Assembly: GCA_963666275.2 (NCBI GenBank)
Contig: CAXXOA010000002.1
Span: 2,048,001 to 2,112,000, forward strand
DNA from: Oceanispirochaeta sp.
Lineage (GTDB): Bacteria; Spirochaetota; Spirochaetia; DSM-2461
Direction of reading: 5' to 3'
Length of the DNA stretch: 64,000 bases
The notes beneath the pieces were generated by a model, which saw only the letters and a program-made list of their open reading frames with translations, was not told the origin of the DNA and searched no databases. Below, one piece after another: positions 9,713-18,902 of this stretch; position 1 is the stretch's first letter; each line of letters begins with the position of its first letter. Position numbers and translations under genes: made by a program.

Positions 9713-11068
9713 ATGAGAAAGACTTTAATTTATTGTATGCTCACAGGACTTTTCTACTCCGCACTTTCAGGGGAGAGTTCCCTCCCCATCCCCCCGCTTC
9801 TGGAGGGAGAAGAGATCACTTTAACTGTTCAGCAGGGAACTCTCGCTCTTCCCTTCGGTGATTCGGATACCCTGGGTTACAACGGGGACTATCTGGGGCC
9901 GACTCTGAGATTTTCAGAAGGGGACAGTTTCAATGTTCTTGTAGACAATACTCTGAATGAGGATACCACCGTTCACTGGCACGGGATGCATATTCCCGCT
10001 GAGTTTGACGGAGGTCCCCGGCAGGTTGTCTCTGCCGGAGGAACATGGAATCCCCGCTTTACAATCAGGCAGGATGCCGCCACCCTCTGGTATCACCCCC
10101 ATCTGATGGGAAAAACAGCAGAACAGGTCTACCGGGGACTGGCAGGGCTGATTTATATTGAAGATGAGTTTTCCCGGTCTCTGAATATTCCCCGGGAATA
10201 CGGTGTGAATGATATTCCCCTTGTACTTCAGGACCGCAGAATCGACAGGGACGGCCGGTTCCGCTTTGCTCCGGCCATGGCTGATATCATGCACGGCTAT
10301 ACAGGGAACGCCCTGCTTGTGAATGGAGCCTATAAGCCGGAACTGGAAATTGCAGGAGGGACTGTCCGTTTCCGGATCCTCAACGGCTCCAACTCCAGTA
10401 TATACAGGGTTCGTTTTTCCGATGGGAGAAAGTTTACTGTCATTGCCTCAGACGGAGGCTTCCTTCCTGAAACCGTCTCCACGGACAATCTGGTTCTGAC
10501 CTCGGGAGAGAGGTATGAGATCCTCGTGGATCTTGAAAAGAATGAAAAGGTCTCGCTGCTGACCGATATTTACGGATCCGATACCCATACAGCCATGACA
10601 GTCGATACCGACAGGAGCCGGCCGGTTCTGTATGAACACCCCGGCAGGCTCCGTCCCTTTTCCATCCCCGGGGAGGAGACTCCCGCCGAAACAAGAACAT
10701 TTCTTATGCAGACCATGGGGATGATGGGATTCGCCATAAACGGCAAGTCCATGAGCATGGACAGGATCGACGAAACAATCCGTCTGGACACGACGGAGCA
10801 TTGGATTGTGGAGAACAGAAGAACAGGTATGATGGCTTTTCCCCACTCTTTTCATGTCCATGATGTGCAGTTCAGGATCCTGAGTCTGAACGGGGAAGCG
10901 CCGCCGCCTCTTCTCTCGGGCCCCAAAGACACGATTCTTCTCTATCCGGGGGATACCTATCGCCTGGCCCTCCGGTTCAGAGATTATGAAGGAATATATA
11001 TGTATCACTGCCACTTTCTGGAACATGAAGACAGCGGTATGATGGGACAGTTTGAAATTATCCCCTGA
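9713..11068 (+). CDS. Three-domain multicopper oxidase (CueO/SufI family)
   Basis: All Cu motifs present: HWHG, WYHPH, HSFHVH, HCHFLEHEDSGM; N-terminal signal-like peptide. Confidence 0.93.
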   Translation: MRKTLIYCMLTGLFYSALSGESSLPIPPLLEGEEITLTVQQGTLALPFGDSDTLGYNGDYLGPTLRFSEGDSFNVLVDNTLNEDTTVHWHGMHIPAEFDGGPRQVVSAGGTWNPRFTIRQDAATLWYHPHLMGKTAEQVYRGLAGLIYIEDEFSRSLNIPREYGVNDIPLVLQDRRIDRDGRFRFAPAMADIMHGYTGNALLVNGAYKPELEIAGGTVRFRILNGSNSSIYRVRFSDGRKFTVIASDGGFLPETVSTDNLVLTSGERYEILVDLEKNEKVSLLTDIYGSDTHTAMTVDTDRSRPVLYEHPGRLRPFSIPGEETPAETRTFLMQTMGMMGFAINGKSMSMDRIDETIRLDTTEHWIVENRRTGMMAFPHSFHVHDVQFRILSLNGEAPPPLLSGPKDTILLYPGDTYRLALRFRDYEGIYMYHCHFLEHEDSGMMGQFEIIP

Positions 11069-11247
11069 GGAATTGTATTGAAGAAATTTACGGAAACCTC
11101 TCTCCGCCCGGTTCCGGGAGAATCCAGGGAGAGCTGTGTGTATCCTCATGGGTTTTCCGAGGTTTCGTGGTATATTGTGCGTAATTATTATTTTGAAAGA
11201 AATATAACTGAGAAAAATAGAAGTTAAAAATAGATCAAGGAGCCGGC

Positions 11248-12303
11248 ATGAGCCATTTTGATGAATCAGATCAGTTAAACGATCTGGTAAAGCTGTCTTT
11301 CTTTTCGGGCATCGGGAAAGCCATATCCAGTGCCAGAACCATCAGAGAGACTCTGGAAGCTGTTATGGATCAGGTGGGGACAATTTTTGCTCCCTCCTAC
11401 TGGTCCCTGCTGCTGCGAAACCCTAAAACAGGTGATCTGACATTTTCCATTGCCGTGGGTAGCGGAGTGGAGCAGTTAAAAGGCATGGTGATTCCCAAAG
11501 GGCAGGGGATTGTTGGCTGGATTGCCGAACACGGAGAAGCCCTTATCATTGAAGATGTCAGCAGAGATCCCCGGTTCTCCCCGGATATTGATAAGCTTAC
11601 ACGGCTTCAGACAAAATCCATCATCGGTGTTCCCCTGAAAAACAACGGAAAGGTATTCGGAGTCATCGAACTGATCAATAAGCTGGACGGAGGGGCCTTT
11701 TCGCCTCTGGAACTCAGCCTCCTTTCTACCATCGCCGACTTCGCTGCGATTGCCATCGAGAAAGCCTACTATCTGAAAGCCCTCAAAAGGATTGCCGTGA
11801 TTGATCCCCTCACAGGATTGAACAACCGCAGATCCTTTATCAGCTACTTCGAAAAAGAATCCGACAGGAGCCGGAGAACAGGCCGGAATTTTTCTATTAT
11901 GATGGTGGATCTGGACGGATTCAAGAAAATCAATGACCAGTTCGGTCACAGCGAAGGGGACAAGGTCCTTATCCGTGTGGCAGATCTGTTCAGAAAACAT
12001 CTTCGAACGGCGGATTTTGCCTGCCGGTACGGAGGGGATGAATTTGCTGTTCTTATGCCTGAAACGAACAAAATGGAAGCGGAAAATCTTAAAAAAAGAG
12101 TCCTGGAACAACTGGAGAGGGAGAATGAATCCTCTCCTGTCAAAATAGGGCTCAGTATAGGGATTCATGAATCTTCCGGTGAAAATCTGACGGAAGTCAT
12201 GCACATGGCGGATACCCTGATGTATAGGGAGAAAAACAGAAAAATAGAGCAGTCTGTTGATGATCTGGCAGAGCATCTGGCTGAACTGTCAGAAGCAGAG
12301 TGA
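11248..12303 (+). CDS. GAF-domain diguanylate cyclase
   Basis: GAF (GIVGW, GVIELINK...F), DPLTGLNNRR, DLDGFKKINDQFGH, RYGGDEF. Confidence 0.95.
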   Translation: MSHFDESDQLNDLVKLSFFSGIGKAISSARTIRETLEAVMDQVGTIFAPSYWSLLLRNPKTGDLTFSIAVGSGVEQLKGMVIPKGQGIVGWIAEHGEALIIEDVSRDPRFSPDIDKLTRLQTKSIIGVPLKNNGKVFGVIELINKLDGGAFSPLELSLLSTIADFAAIAIEKAYYLKALKRIAVIDPLTGLNNRRSFISYFEKESDRSRRTGRNFSIMMVDLDGFKKINDQFGHSEGDKVLIRVADLFRKHLRTADFACRYGGDEFAVLMPETNKMEAENLKKRVLEQLERENESSPVKIGLSIGIHESSGENLTEVMHMADTLMYREKNRKIEQSVDDLAEHLAELSEAE

Positions 12304-12448
12304 TACTGAAATCAGGTGAATTCCTGTTCCTCAATAATTCTTCATTCTATTAAAAAATCCCGGAGGGTTTGTTTCCCGGCCCTCTGTATTCTATACTTTC
12401 TTCCATATTTAAAAGCTGAAAGAACTCGAAAGCAACGTTGGAGATAAT

Positions 12449-13861
12449 ATGAGCAGAAGTCCGGGAAAAAGAAGAGATCTGGGAAAAATACTGATTCTTT
12501 TTCTGTTTGTCTTCTCTGTCCTTCCTGCCTGTATTGTCGGCCTTGTAGGAGCGCTCAATGCAAGAGTGAGACTGCAGGAACTGGAGACCTATAATGAGCA
12601 GAGTGTTCTTCAGAGTCAGATCAGTCCCATTGCCTCGAAAATAGAAGTCTACAGGGAACTGATCAAATTTACCTCCCAGCTGCCTGCGGCAGAAGAAATC
12701 CTCGGAGGAGGACAGGATCTTCTGGGAAGTATTGAGTCCTTTCAGCAGTCTGTGAACCGCTACTCGGGCGTTCTTAAAAGAGTTTTCCGGAATTATCCCG
12801 AGATTACGGATGTCAGGCTTTATGATTCAGACAGAAATGCACTTCTTCATGTGGCCAGCACCGAAGACAGGGGCCTGGAAGACCATTCCGGCAGTGATCA
12901 TGAGCACCTGATCAGTGATTCTCTTTTTTCTGATATCCTCAAGTTGGAGGAAAATCACATTCTCATTACAACCCGGCGGATTGAAACCGGAGAAAGCGGC
13001 TTTCCGGGAAATCAGCTTGTCCTGGAAATGATGACTCCCGTTATCAGCAGTGATGAAAGGATCGGTCTGTTTGTCTGCTCCGTGAATATAGGAATCCTCT
13101 CTCTGTCCTATCCGGATATTGAATGGGTTTTCGAAAATGGGGATTTCCTTGTCCGGGAAACTGCGGCCTCGGCCTTTGACAGATATCCCGAGCTGAAGCA
13201 GATCTTTCTGTCCGGCCAACCCGGTATTTCCCATGGAGAGGATTTTCATGCCTGGATTCCCCTCTTTTCCGATGGCACAGGAAAGGCGCTTCTCTGGGCG
13301 GGGAGAGTTGTGACTTTTTCCGACAGTGAACGATACATTTACCAGACCTATAAGACAATATTTACAACAATCCTTGTCCTTTTTATGGGAATCCTGATTT
13401 TCGGTTACTTTGTGACAGAAAGGATTAAGAGGTACTATTTCCGACTCTATGGATTTTTTGAAAAGCGTTTAGTGGAGAATAATACAGAAATATCCCTTCC
13501 CTTTTCCGGATATGTCGATATCGATCGCTTTCTGGATCGGATCAGGATTGTGGTGGATAAGAATACCCGGATTCAGGATGAAAATAATCAGCTCATCATG
13601 GAACTCAAGGAAGCCCTGAACAATGTTAAAGAGCTGAAAGGACTTCTTCCTGTCTGTTCCTCCTGCCGGAAAGTCAGGGACGATGACGGCTACTGGGCCA
13701 ACCTGGATGAATACATTACCAGATATACAGACACGAGCATTTCTCACAGCCTCTGTCCGGACTGCCTGCAGGAGCTCTATCCCGAGTATGCAGACAGGGT
13801 GATAAAAAAAGTGAACGACAGACATCAAACTTCCCCGGAGCTGGATGGGGGAAAGTCTTGA
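12449..13861 (+). CDS. Two-TM extracytoplasmic (Cache-like) sensor with C-terminal Cys/His (CxxC...HxxCxxC) domain
   Basis: TM - large soluble loop - TM, then the same LKGLLPVCSSCRKVRDDDGYW...SHSLCPDC module as 6151..7266. Confidence 0.75.
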   Translation: MSRSPGKRRDLGKILILFLFVFSVLPACIVGLVGALNARVRLQELETYNEQSVLQSQISPIASKIEVYRELIKFTSQLPAAEEILGGGQDLLGSIESFQQSVNRYSGVLKRVFRNYPEITDVRLYDSDRNALLHVASTEDRGLEDHSGSDHEHLISDSLFSDILKLEENHILITTRRIETGESGFPGNQLVLEMMTPVISSDERIGLFVCSVNIGILSLSYPDIEWVFENGDFLVRETAASAFDRYPELKQIFLSGQPGISHGEDFHAWIPLFSDGTGKALLWAGRVVTFSDSERYIYQTYKTIFTTILVLFMGILIFGYFVTERIKRYYFRLYGFFEKRLVENNTEISLPFSGYVDIDRFLDRIRIVVDKNTRIQDENNQLIMELKEALNNVKELKGLLPVCSSCRKVRDDDGYWANLDEYITRYTDTSISHSLCPDCLQELYPEYADRVIKKVNDRHQTSPELDGGKS

Positions 13862-13897
13862 GAACTTTTCTGATACTGCAGGGCATCAAAAATAAGC

Positions 13898-13935
13898 GGC
13901 CACCCTTCCATGTCTGGACGGGTGGCCGTTTTTTC
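13898..13935 (+). terminator. Rho-independent terminator
   Basis: CGGCCACCC...GGGTGGCCG followed by TTTTTT. Confidence 0.75.
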
Positions 13936-14100
13936 ATGAACTGACAGTTAGACCCGGATTCATCCTGCTGTTATGAATATGAGTCTATTCAAATATGTAT
14001 TGCTGTCAGTCTTTTTTCTTCAGGGCAATATAGAGACACACTCCGGCGCCTCCCCAGGTGATTGCCAGACCGATGATCATCATAATAACGGCATCTATAC

Positions 14101-15600
14101 TCATGCTTTGGGCTCCTCATTGTTTGTGATCAGGGGCGAGTGCCATTTCAGGCGGGTTACGACCAGGGCAAAAACCGCTACAAGAAGAATCATGGCCCAT
14201 CCAAAGACTATCTGTACTGATGCGGGATAACCCGAATAGTTGACTCTGATATCTCCGATCAGATTGAGGATCGAGTTGATCCCCAGGACCAGAGGGGTTA
14301 CAAAACGGATCATGAAATTCCACCACTTTCCGACGGTAAAATCACTAGTAAGATTGGCATGCTCTCTCAGGGAATCCAGATTGTAAAACCATCCCAGCAG
14401 GATCACTTCGATAATACCGGCCGTAATGATACCGTAGTTGTTGATATAGTGATCCACCACATCCAGGATATGAAGACCCGCTCCCGAGGCATAAATCAGA
14501 CTGACCGCACCGGCGATAAGGGTGTAACCGATGGTGACCTTATGGCGGGGGAGTCCGGTTTTGTCCACAATCGACCGGACGATAACTTCGTTTATCGAGA
14601 TAAAAGAGGAAAGACCTGCAAAGGACAGGGTCAGGAAGAGGAGGATCCCGATCAGGGTATTCAGAGCGGGAAGCTGGCTGACTGCGGAAGGCAGGGTTAC
14701 AAAGGCAAGAAGAACGCCGGCCAGTTTTTCAGGAAGAGTTCCCCCCGCCTGGTGCTGCATGAATCCCAGAATGCTGAAAATCGCAATTCCAGAGAGCATA
14801 CTGAAACCGCAGTTCAGGAGGGCTGTCATAAAGGCATTGTTCACAATGTCCGATTTTTTCGGCAGATAGCTCGAATAGGTGAGCATGATAGCAAAGGCAA
14901 TGCTCAGGCTGAAAAAGATCTGCCCGTAGGCGGCAATCCATACCGAGGGATCCAGGATCGCCTTGAAATCGGGTTTAAACAGGATCTGAAGCCCCTGGGC
15001 GGCTCCGGGTAGGGTAACTGCCCTGACTGTTATGACAAGAAGCATGACAATCAGAACGGGCATGAAAATCTTATTGGCCCTCTCCAGACCCTTCTGTACT
15101 CCGCCGTAGCTGGCAAGGAAATTGATAAACCAGGCCGCCAGGATCGTAATCAGGATAACGCTGTTAAAGCCTTCCAGCGCAAAGGGGCCGCTGCTGATTT
15201 TAAGGAAATCTCCCAGGAAGAAATCTGCCGGAGCGCTTCCCCAGGACTGATTGAAACTGAATCCCACATAACTGATAGACCAGGCGACAACCGTCACATA
15301 ATAGACGGCAATGACAATACTGACACCGGTCTGAAACCAGCCGAGCCATTCCCATTTTCTGTTCAGCCTGGAAAATGTCAGAGGCGCACCGGAGCGGCTT
15401 CTGTGACCCAGACTGAATTCAAGTATCATTATGGGTATTCCTGCGGTCAGCAGGGCGACAAAGTAGGGGATAAGGAACGCTCCCCCTCCGTTTTCGTATA
15501 CCATGTAAGGGAAGCGCCAGATATTTCCCAGTCCCACAGCGGAGCCCACTGCAGCAAGGATGAATCCGATCCGGCTTCCCCATTGTTGTTTTTCAGACAA
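14101..15600 (-). CDS. Sodium-dependent transporter (NSS/SNF family)
   Basis: GSAVGLGNIWRFPY, GGGAFLIPY, QIFFSLS; TTG start at 15600 after AAGGAG. Confidence 0.93.
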   Translation of the reverse strand: MSEKQQWGSRIGFILAAVGSAVGLGNIWRFPYMVYENGGGAFLIPYFVALLTAGIPIMILEFSLGHRSRSGAPLTFSRLNRKWEWLGWFQTGVSIVIAVYYVTVVAWSISYVGFSFNQSWGSAPADFFLGDFLKISSGPFALEGFNSVILITILAAWFINFLASYGGVQKGLERANKIFMPVLIVMLLVITVRAVTLPGAAQGLQILFKPDFKAILDPSVWIAAYGQIFFSLSIAFAIMLTYSSYLPKKSDIVNNAFMTALLNCGFSMLSGIAIFSILGFMQHQAGGTLPEKLAGVLLAFVTLPSAVSQLPALNTLIGILLFLTLSFAGLSSFISINEVIVRSIVDKTGLPRHKVTIGYTLIAGAVSLIYASGAGLHILDVVDHYINNYGIITAGIIEVILLGWFYNLDSLREHANLTSDFTVGKWWNFMIRFVTPLVLGINSILNLIGDIRVNYSGYPASVQIVFGWAMILLVAVFALVVTRLKWHSPLITNNEEPKA

Positions 15601-15804
15601 TTTTGTACTCCTTGATTTTTGAAAATACACATAGATTGAAGGAATCAAAAGGAGCTGTCAATCCGAGTTTATACGATATGGTAGAAAAAAAATGGGAAAA
15701 ACGTATATAATGTGAATAAAAATCGAGGAATACGAAGGCTTTTTAAGGTAGAGCGGGGGATCCCTCCGCTCTGAGAACAATGCGGAGGGATCACCGGGAC
15801 ACTC

Positions 15805-16791
15805 CTAGGGGGCAATGAGTTCTCTGTATCTGCCGGCCCAGTAGGAGATAATGATATCCGTACCGGCCCGGTCCAGAGCGGCTATGGATTCTCTGACCAT
15901 GCCGCCCAGATCGCCCCAGCCTCTTTCGGCGGCGGCAATCAGCATGGAGTACTCTCCGCTCACATTGTAGGCCGCCAGGGGCAGGTTCGTCTCTTCCCTC
16001 AGACGGCTGATCACATCCAGATAAAACAGGGCCGGCTTCACCATCAGGATATCCGCTCCCTCCTCCTCATCGGTCAGGGACTCCCTGATGGCCTGGCGTT
16101 TATCTCTGTAGGACTGCTGATATCCCTGCCTGTCTCCTTTTCCCGGAGCAGACTGCTCGGCATCCCGAAAGGGGCCGTACATGGCCGAGGCAAACTTGGT
16201 GGAGTAACTCATAAGGATGGTCTGATCAAAGCCCCCGTCATCCAGTCCCTTCCGGATAGCCTGAACCTGGCCGTCCATCATGGCACTGGGAGCGACACAG
16301 TCGGCGCCGGCTTCGGCATGGGAGAGGGCTGTCCTCGTCAATTCAATCAGGGCCTGGTCGTTATCCACATCGCCCTCCGGGGTCAGCGGGCCGCAGTGGC
16401 CGTGTGAGGTATAGGCGCAGAGGCAGACATCGGTCATCACCACAAGCTGGGGGAACTCTTTTTTCAGGACCTTTACCGCTTCCTGAACAGAGCCGCCGGA
16501 GGCACAGGCCGCAGTTCCCCGGCCGTCTTTATTCTCCTCTTCTGTGAGTCCGAAAAGCAGTACACCCCCGATGCCTTCCCTGACCGCCTGTTCCACTTCG
16601 GCACAGAGGGTATCGGGACTGAGCCTGTACTGACCCGGCATGGCATCAATGGACTCTCTTTTATTCCGTCCTTCCGCCACAAAAAGGGGCCAGATGAATT
16701 TCTCCGGTCCCGGAAGGGGGGCATCGAAAAGCCTCCGGATCGAGGGGGTACGTCTCAGCCGTCTGAGTCTGAGCTGGGGATAACTGTTCAT
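15805..16791 (-). CDS. hemB: Porphobilinogen synthase (Zn-type)
   Basis: DVCLCAYTSHGHCG, APSAMMDG, YGPFRDA, MVKPA, AYNVSGEY. Confidence 0.97.
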   Translation of the reverse strand: MNSYPQLRLRRLRRTPSIRRLFDAPLPGPEKFIWPLFVAEGRNKRESIDAMPGQYRLSPDTLCAEVEQAVREGIGGVLLFGLTEEENKDGRGTAACASGGSVQEAVKVLKKEFPQLVVMTDVCLCAYTSHGHCGPLTPEGDVDNDQALIELTRTALSHAEAGADCVAPSAMMDGQVQAIRKGLDDGGFDQTILMSYSTKFASAMYGPFRDAEQSAPGKGDRQGYQQSYRDKRQAIRESLTDEEEGADILMVKPALFYLDVISRLREETNLPLAAYNVSGEYSMLIAAAERGWGDLGGMVRESIAALDRAGTDIIISYWAGRYRELIAP

Positions 16792-18902
16792 AGGATCTCC
16801 TTCAGTTTGTTATTCAGCCACCGGCCGGACAGGGTTTCTATAGAAGAGGGAAGTGAAGCCTCCCGGCTAACCAGGACCGGGGAGACTCCTTTCTCTTTCA
16901 GGGCTGTTTCTGTGGGAATCCCGATGGCTACCGGGGTTTTTCCATTCAGAGCCTCCAGCCCCCAGTTCTCCAGGAAGGCCGTAACGGCTGAGGAGCTGGC
17001 AAATATCACCGCATCACAGGGCGGGCAGGCATCGCTGGTTTTTAAAGTTGTATTTGTATATAAAATAATATCTCTTACAAGGGCTCCCCGGGATTCCAGG
17101 GCACGGGTTATTTCCGAGCCGGCCCGGTCCGAGCGGAAACGGATCACCCTCTCTCCTTCTCTGATGACCGGAACTCCCGACTGAATCAGGCTTCCGGCGC
17201 CGAAGGGGGAGGGGGCTGTGAAATCCGCGTAGAGACCGTACTCCTCCAGGGTCCGGGCCGAAGGGGTGCCGCAGACCATGATCTTCGGGAGTTTTCTGAT
17301 ATCCTGCCGCGTTTCTCTGAGCAGATCCATAAAATGGCGGATAGCGCCGGGAGATGTCAGGACGATCCAGTCGGTGTCATTCAAATCCAGACTCGGCAGA
17401 GACCGATCCAGGCGGATCAGGCTCTGTTTCAGCGGAATCCCTCCGAAATCTTCCACAGTCAGGGCCGCCTTTTCCATCAGCCGTTCACTGCAGGTCAGAA
17501 GGATTCTTTTTCCTCCCAGCGGGCCCGAGGAGGTGTCGAAGCCGTAACGGGCCACTTCCCCCGTAATCAGGAGTCCCGGGCTTTCATAACCCCGGGCATC
17601 AATTTTACCGGCAATATCACCCAGGGTACCCCGGATGATTGTCTGATCGGGGCTGCCGGCGTTGTAGACTACGGCAGCGGGTTCCGTCCCGGGCCGTCCC
17701 TCATCCAGCAGGTTTCGGACAACCGAACCGGAGGCCTTCAGAGACATAAAGAAGATCACCGGCAGCCGGGCCCGTTCCGAGGCTCCTGTATCGGCAATCT
17801 CTCCTCCCTCAATGCGGGAACTGATGGCTGTGTAGCCCCGGGAGACTCCCCGCCGTGTCAGAAGGAGCCCTGTCGCCGAAGTCGCCGCATTCAGGCTGCT
17901 CACTCCCGGGATCACAAGAAAGGGGATTTTCAGAGATTCCAGTTCTTCCGCCTCTTCGGCGAGACGGCCGAAAATACCGGGATCTCCCCCTTTGAGCCTG
18001 ACAACTTTCAGGCCTTTCCGGGCATATTCGCTAACCATTTCGGTGATTTTCTGCTGTTTAAAGCTATGCTGACCGCTTCTTTTTCCCGTGTAGACGGCTT
18101 CGCCCCGGACATGGGAGAGAAGTTCCTGGTCCAGCAGGGAGTCGTAGAGGCAGATGTCGCAGTTTTTCAGAGCCTCAATACCCTTGAGGGTGCATAAAGA
18201 AGCGCTTCCCGGGCCGGATCCCACAAAACGGACGGCCTTGATATAGAGGCTGCGGATGGCTGTGAATCTTTCATCCCCTTTCCGGAAACTCAGGGCCAGT
18301 ATCCCCTGGGCTTCCGGTGCGGGAAGCTTCTCCAGAGGGATGATTCGTGTGATCCTGTGAGACAGATCAAGCCGGTCCAGAGCCGCTTTGGCCATAATAA
18401 GCATATCGTAGCGGCCCTGATCCAGCTGGTCCAGGCGCATCTCTATGTTGCCTCTTATGGGCGCTGTGGGGACCTGGGGAAACTCCCGGGCACAGTAGGC
18501 TTCCCGGCGCTCGCTTGATACGCCGATCAGACTGTTTTTGTCCAGCTCCTCCGGGGTCATACCCTCCCGGCAGATCAGAACATCCTCCCTGGCGGCTTTC
18601 CAGGGGAGCCAGAACCAGTCGAGCTCCTCCCTCAGGGGGTACTCCAGGTCTTTCGCGCTGTGAACGGCGCAGTCCAGGTCTCCCCTTATGACCGCTTCAT
18701 CCAGATCTTTTGAGAAAAAATCTCCGGGGCTGACACGAAGATCCATTTTTCTGTCCCTGTCGCCCGGACTGGACATATTAATCTGTTCCCATTGAATCAA
18801 CGGGAAGTCAGCCGAGAGTTCTGCCAGAGCGGCCGCTGTCTGCCTTACGGCCAGATTGCTGTCACGGTTTCCGACTCTGAACACTTTCTGCGATTCGTTC
18901 AT
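16788..18902 (-). CDS. hemC-cobA-hemD: Triple fusion: hydroxymethylbilane synthase (domains 1-2 only) / uroporphyrinogen-III C-methyltransferase / uroporphyrinogen-III synthase
   Basis: aa1-220 HemC (R.S.LA..Q, AVHSAKD, SSERR, RGN...RL); aa~223-455 CobA (VGSGPG, RLKGGDPGIFGR, PGVSS); aa~461-704 HemD (PL.GKRILLT, LTSPGA, FASSSAV). Confidence 0.9.
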   Translation of the reverse strand: MNESQKVFRVGNRDSNLAVRQTAAALAELSADFPLIQWEQINMSSPGDRDRKMDLRVSPGDFFSKDLDEAVIRGDLDCAVHSAKDLEYPLREELDWFWLPWKAAREDVLICREGMTPEELDKNSLIGVSSERREAYCAREFPQVPTAPIRGNIEMRLDQLDQGRYDMLIMAKAALDRLDLSHRITRIIPLEKLPAPEAQGILALSFRKGDERFTAIRSLYIKAVRFVGSGPGSASLCTLKGIEALKNCDICLYDSLLDQELLSHVRGEAVYTGKRSGQHSFKQQKITEMVSEYARKGLKVVRLKGGDPGIFGRLAEEAEELESLKIPFLVIPGVSSLNAATSATGLLLTRRGVSRGYTAISSRIEGGEIADTGASERARLPVIFFMSLKASGSVVRNLLDEGRPGTEPAAVVYNAGSPDQTIIRGTLGDIAGKIDARGYESPGLLITGEVARYGFDTSSGPLGGKRILLTCSERLMEKAALTVEDFGGIPLKQSLIRLDRSLPSLDLNDTDWIVLTSPGAIRHFMDLLRETRQDIRKLPKIMVCGTPSARTLEEYGLYADFTAPSPFGAGSLIQSGVPVIREGERVIRFRSDRAGSEITRALESRGALVRDIILYTNTTLKTSDACPPCDAVIFASSSAVTAFLENWGLEALNGKTPVAIGIPTETALKEKGVSPVLVSREASLPSSIETLSGRWLNNKLKEIL

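Noticed and set aside
11069..11247. Possible c-di-GMP riboswitch upstream of the GGDEF gene
   Set aside because: Some complementarity, but no recognisable c-di-GMP-I or -II consensus.
15750..15795. Overlapping inverted repeats GATCCCTCCGC/GCGGAGGGATC
   Set aside because: Sits just downstream of hemB and is most simply a terminator or stability hairpin; not repeated elsewhere in the window.
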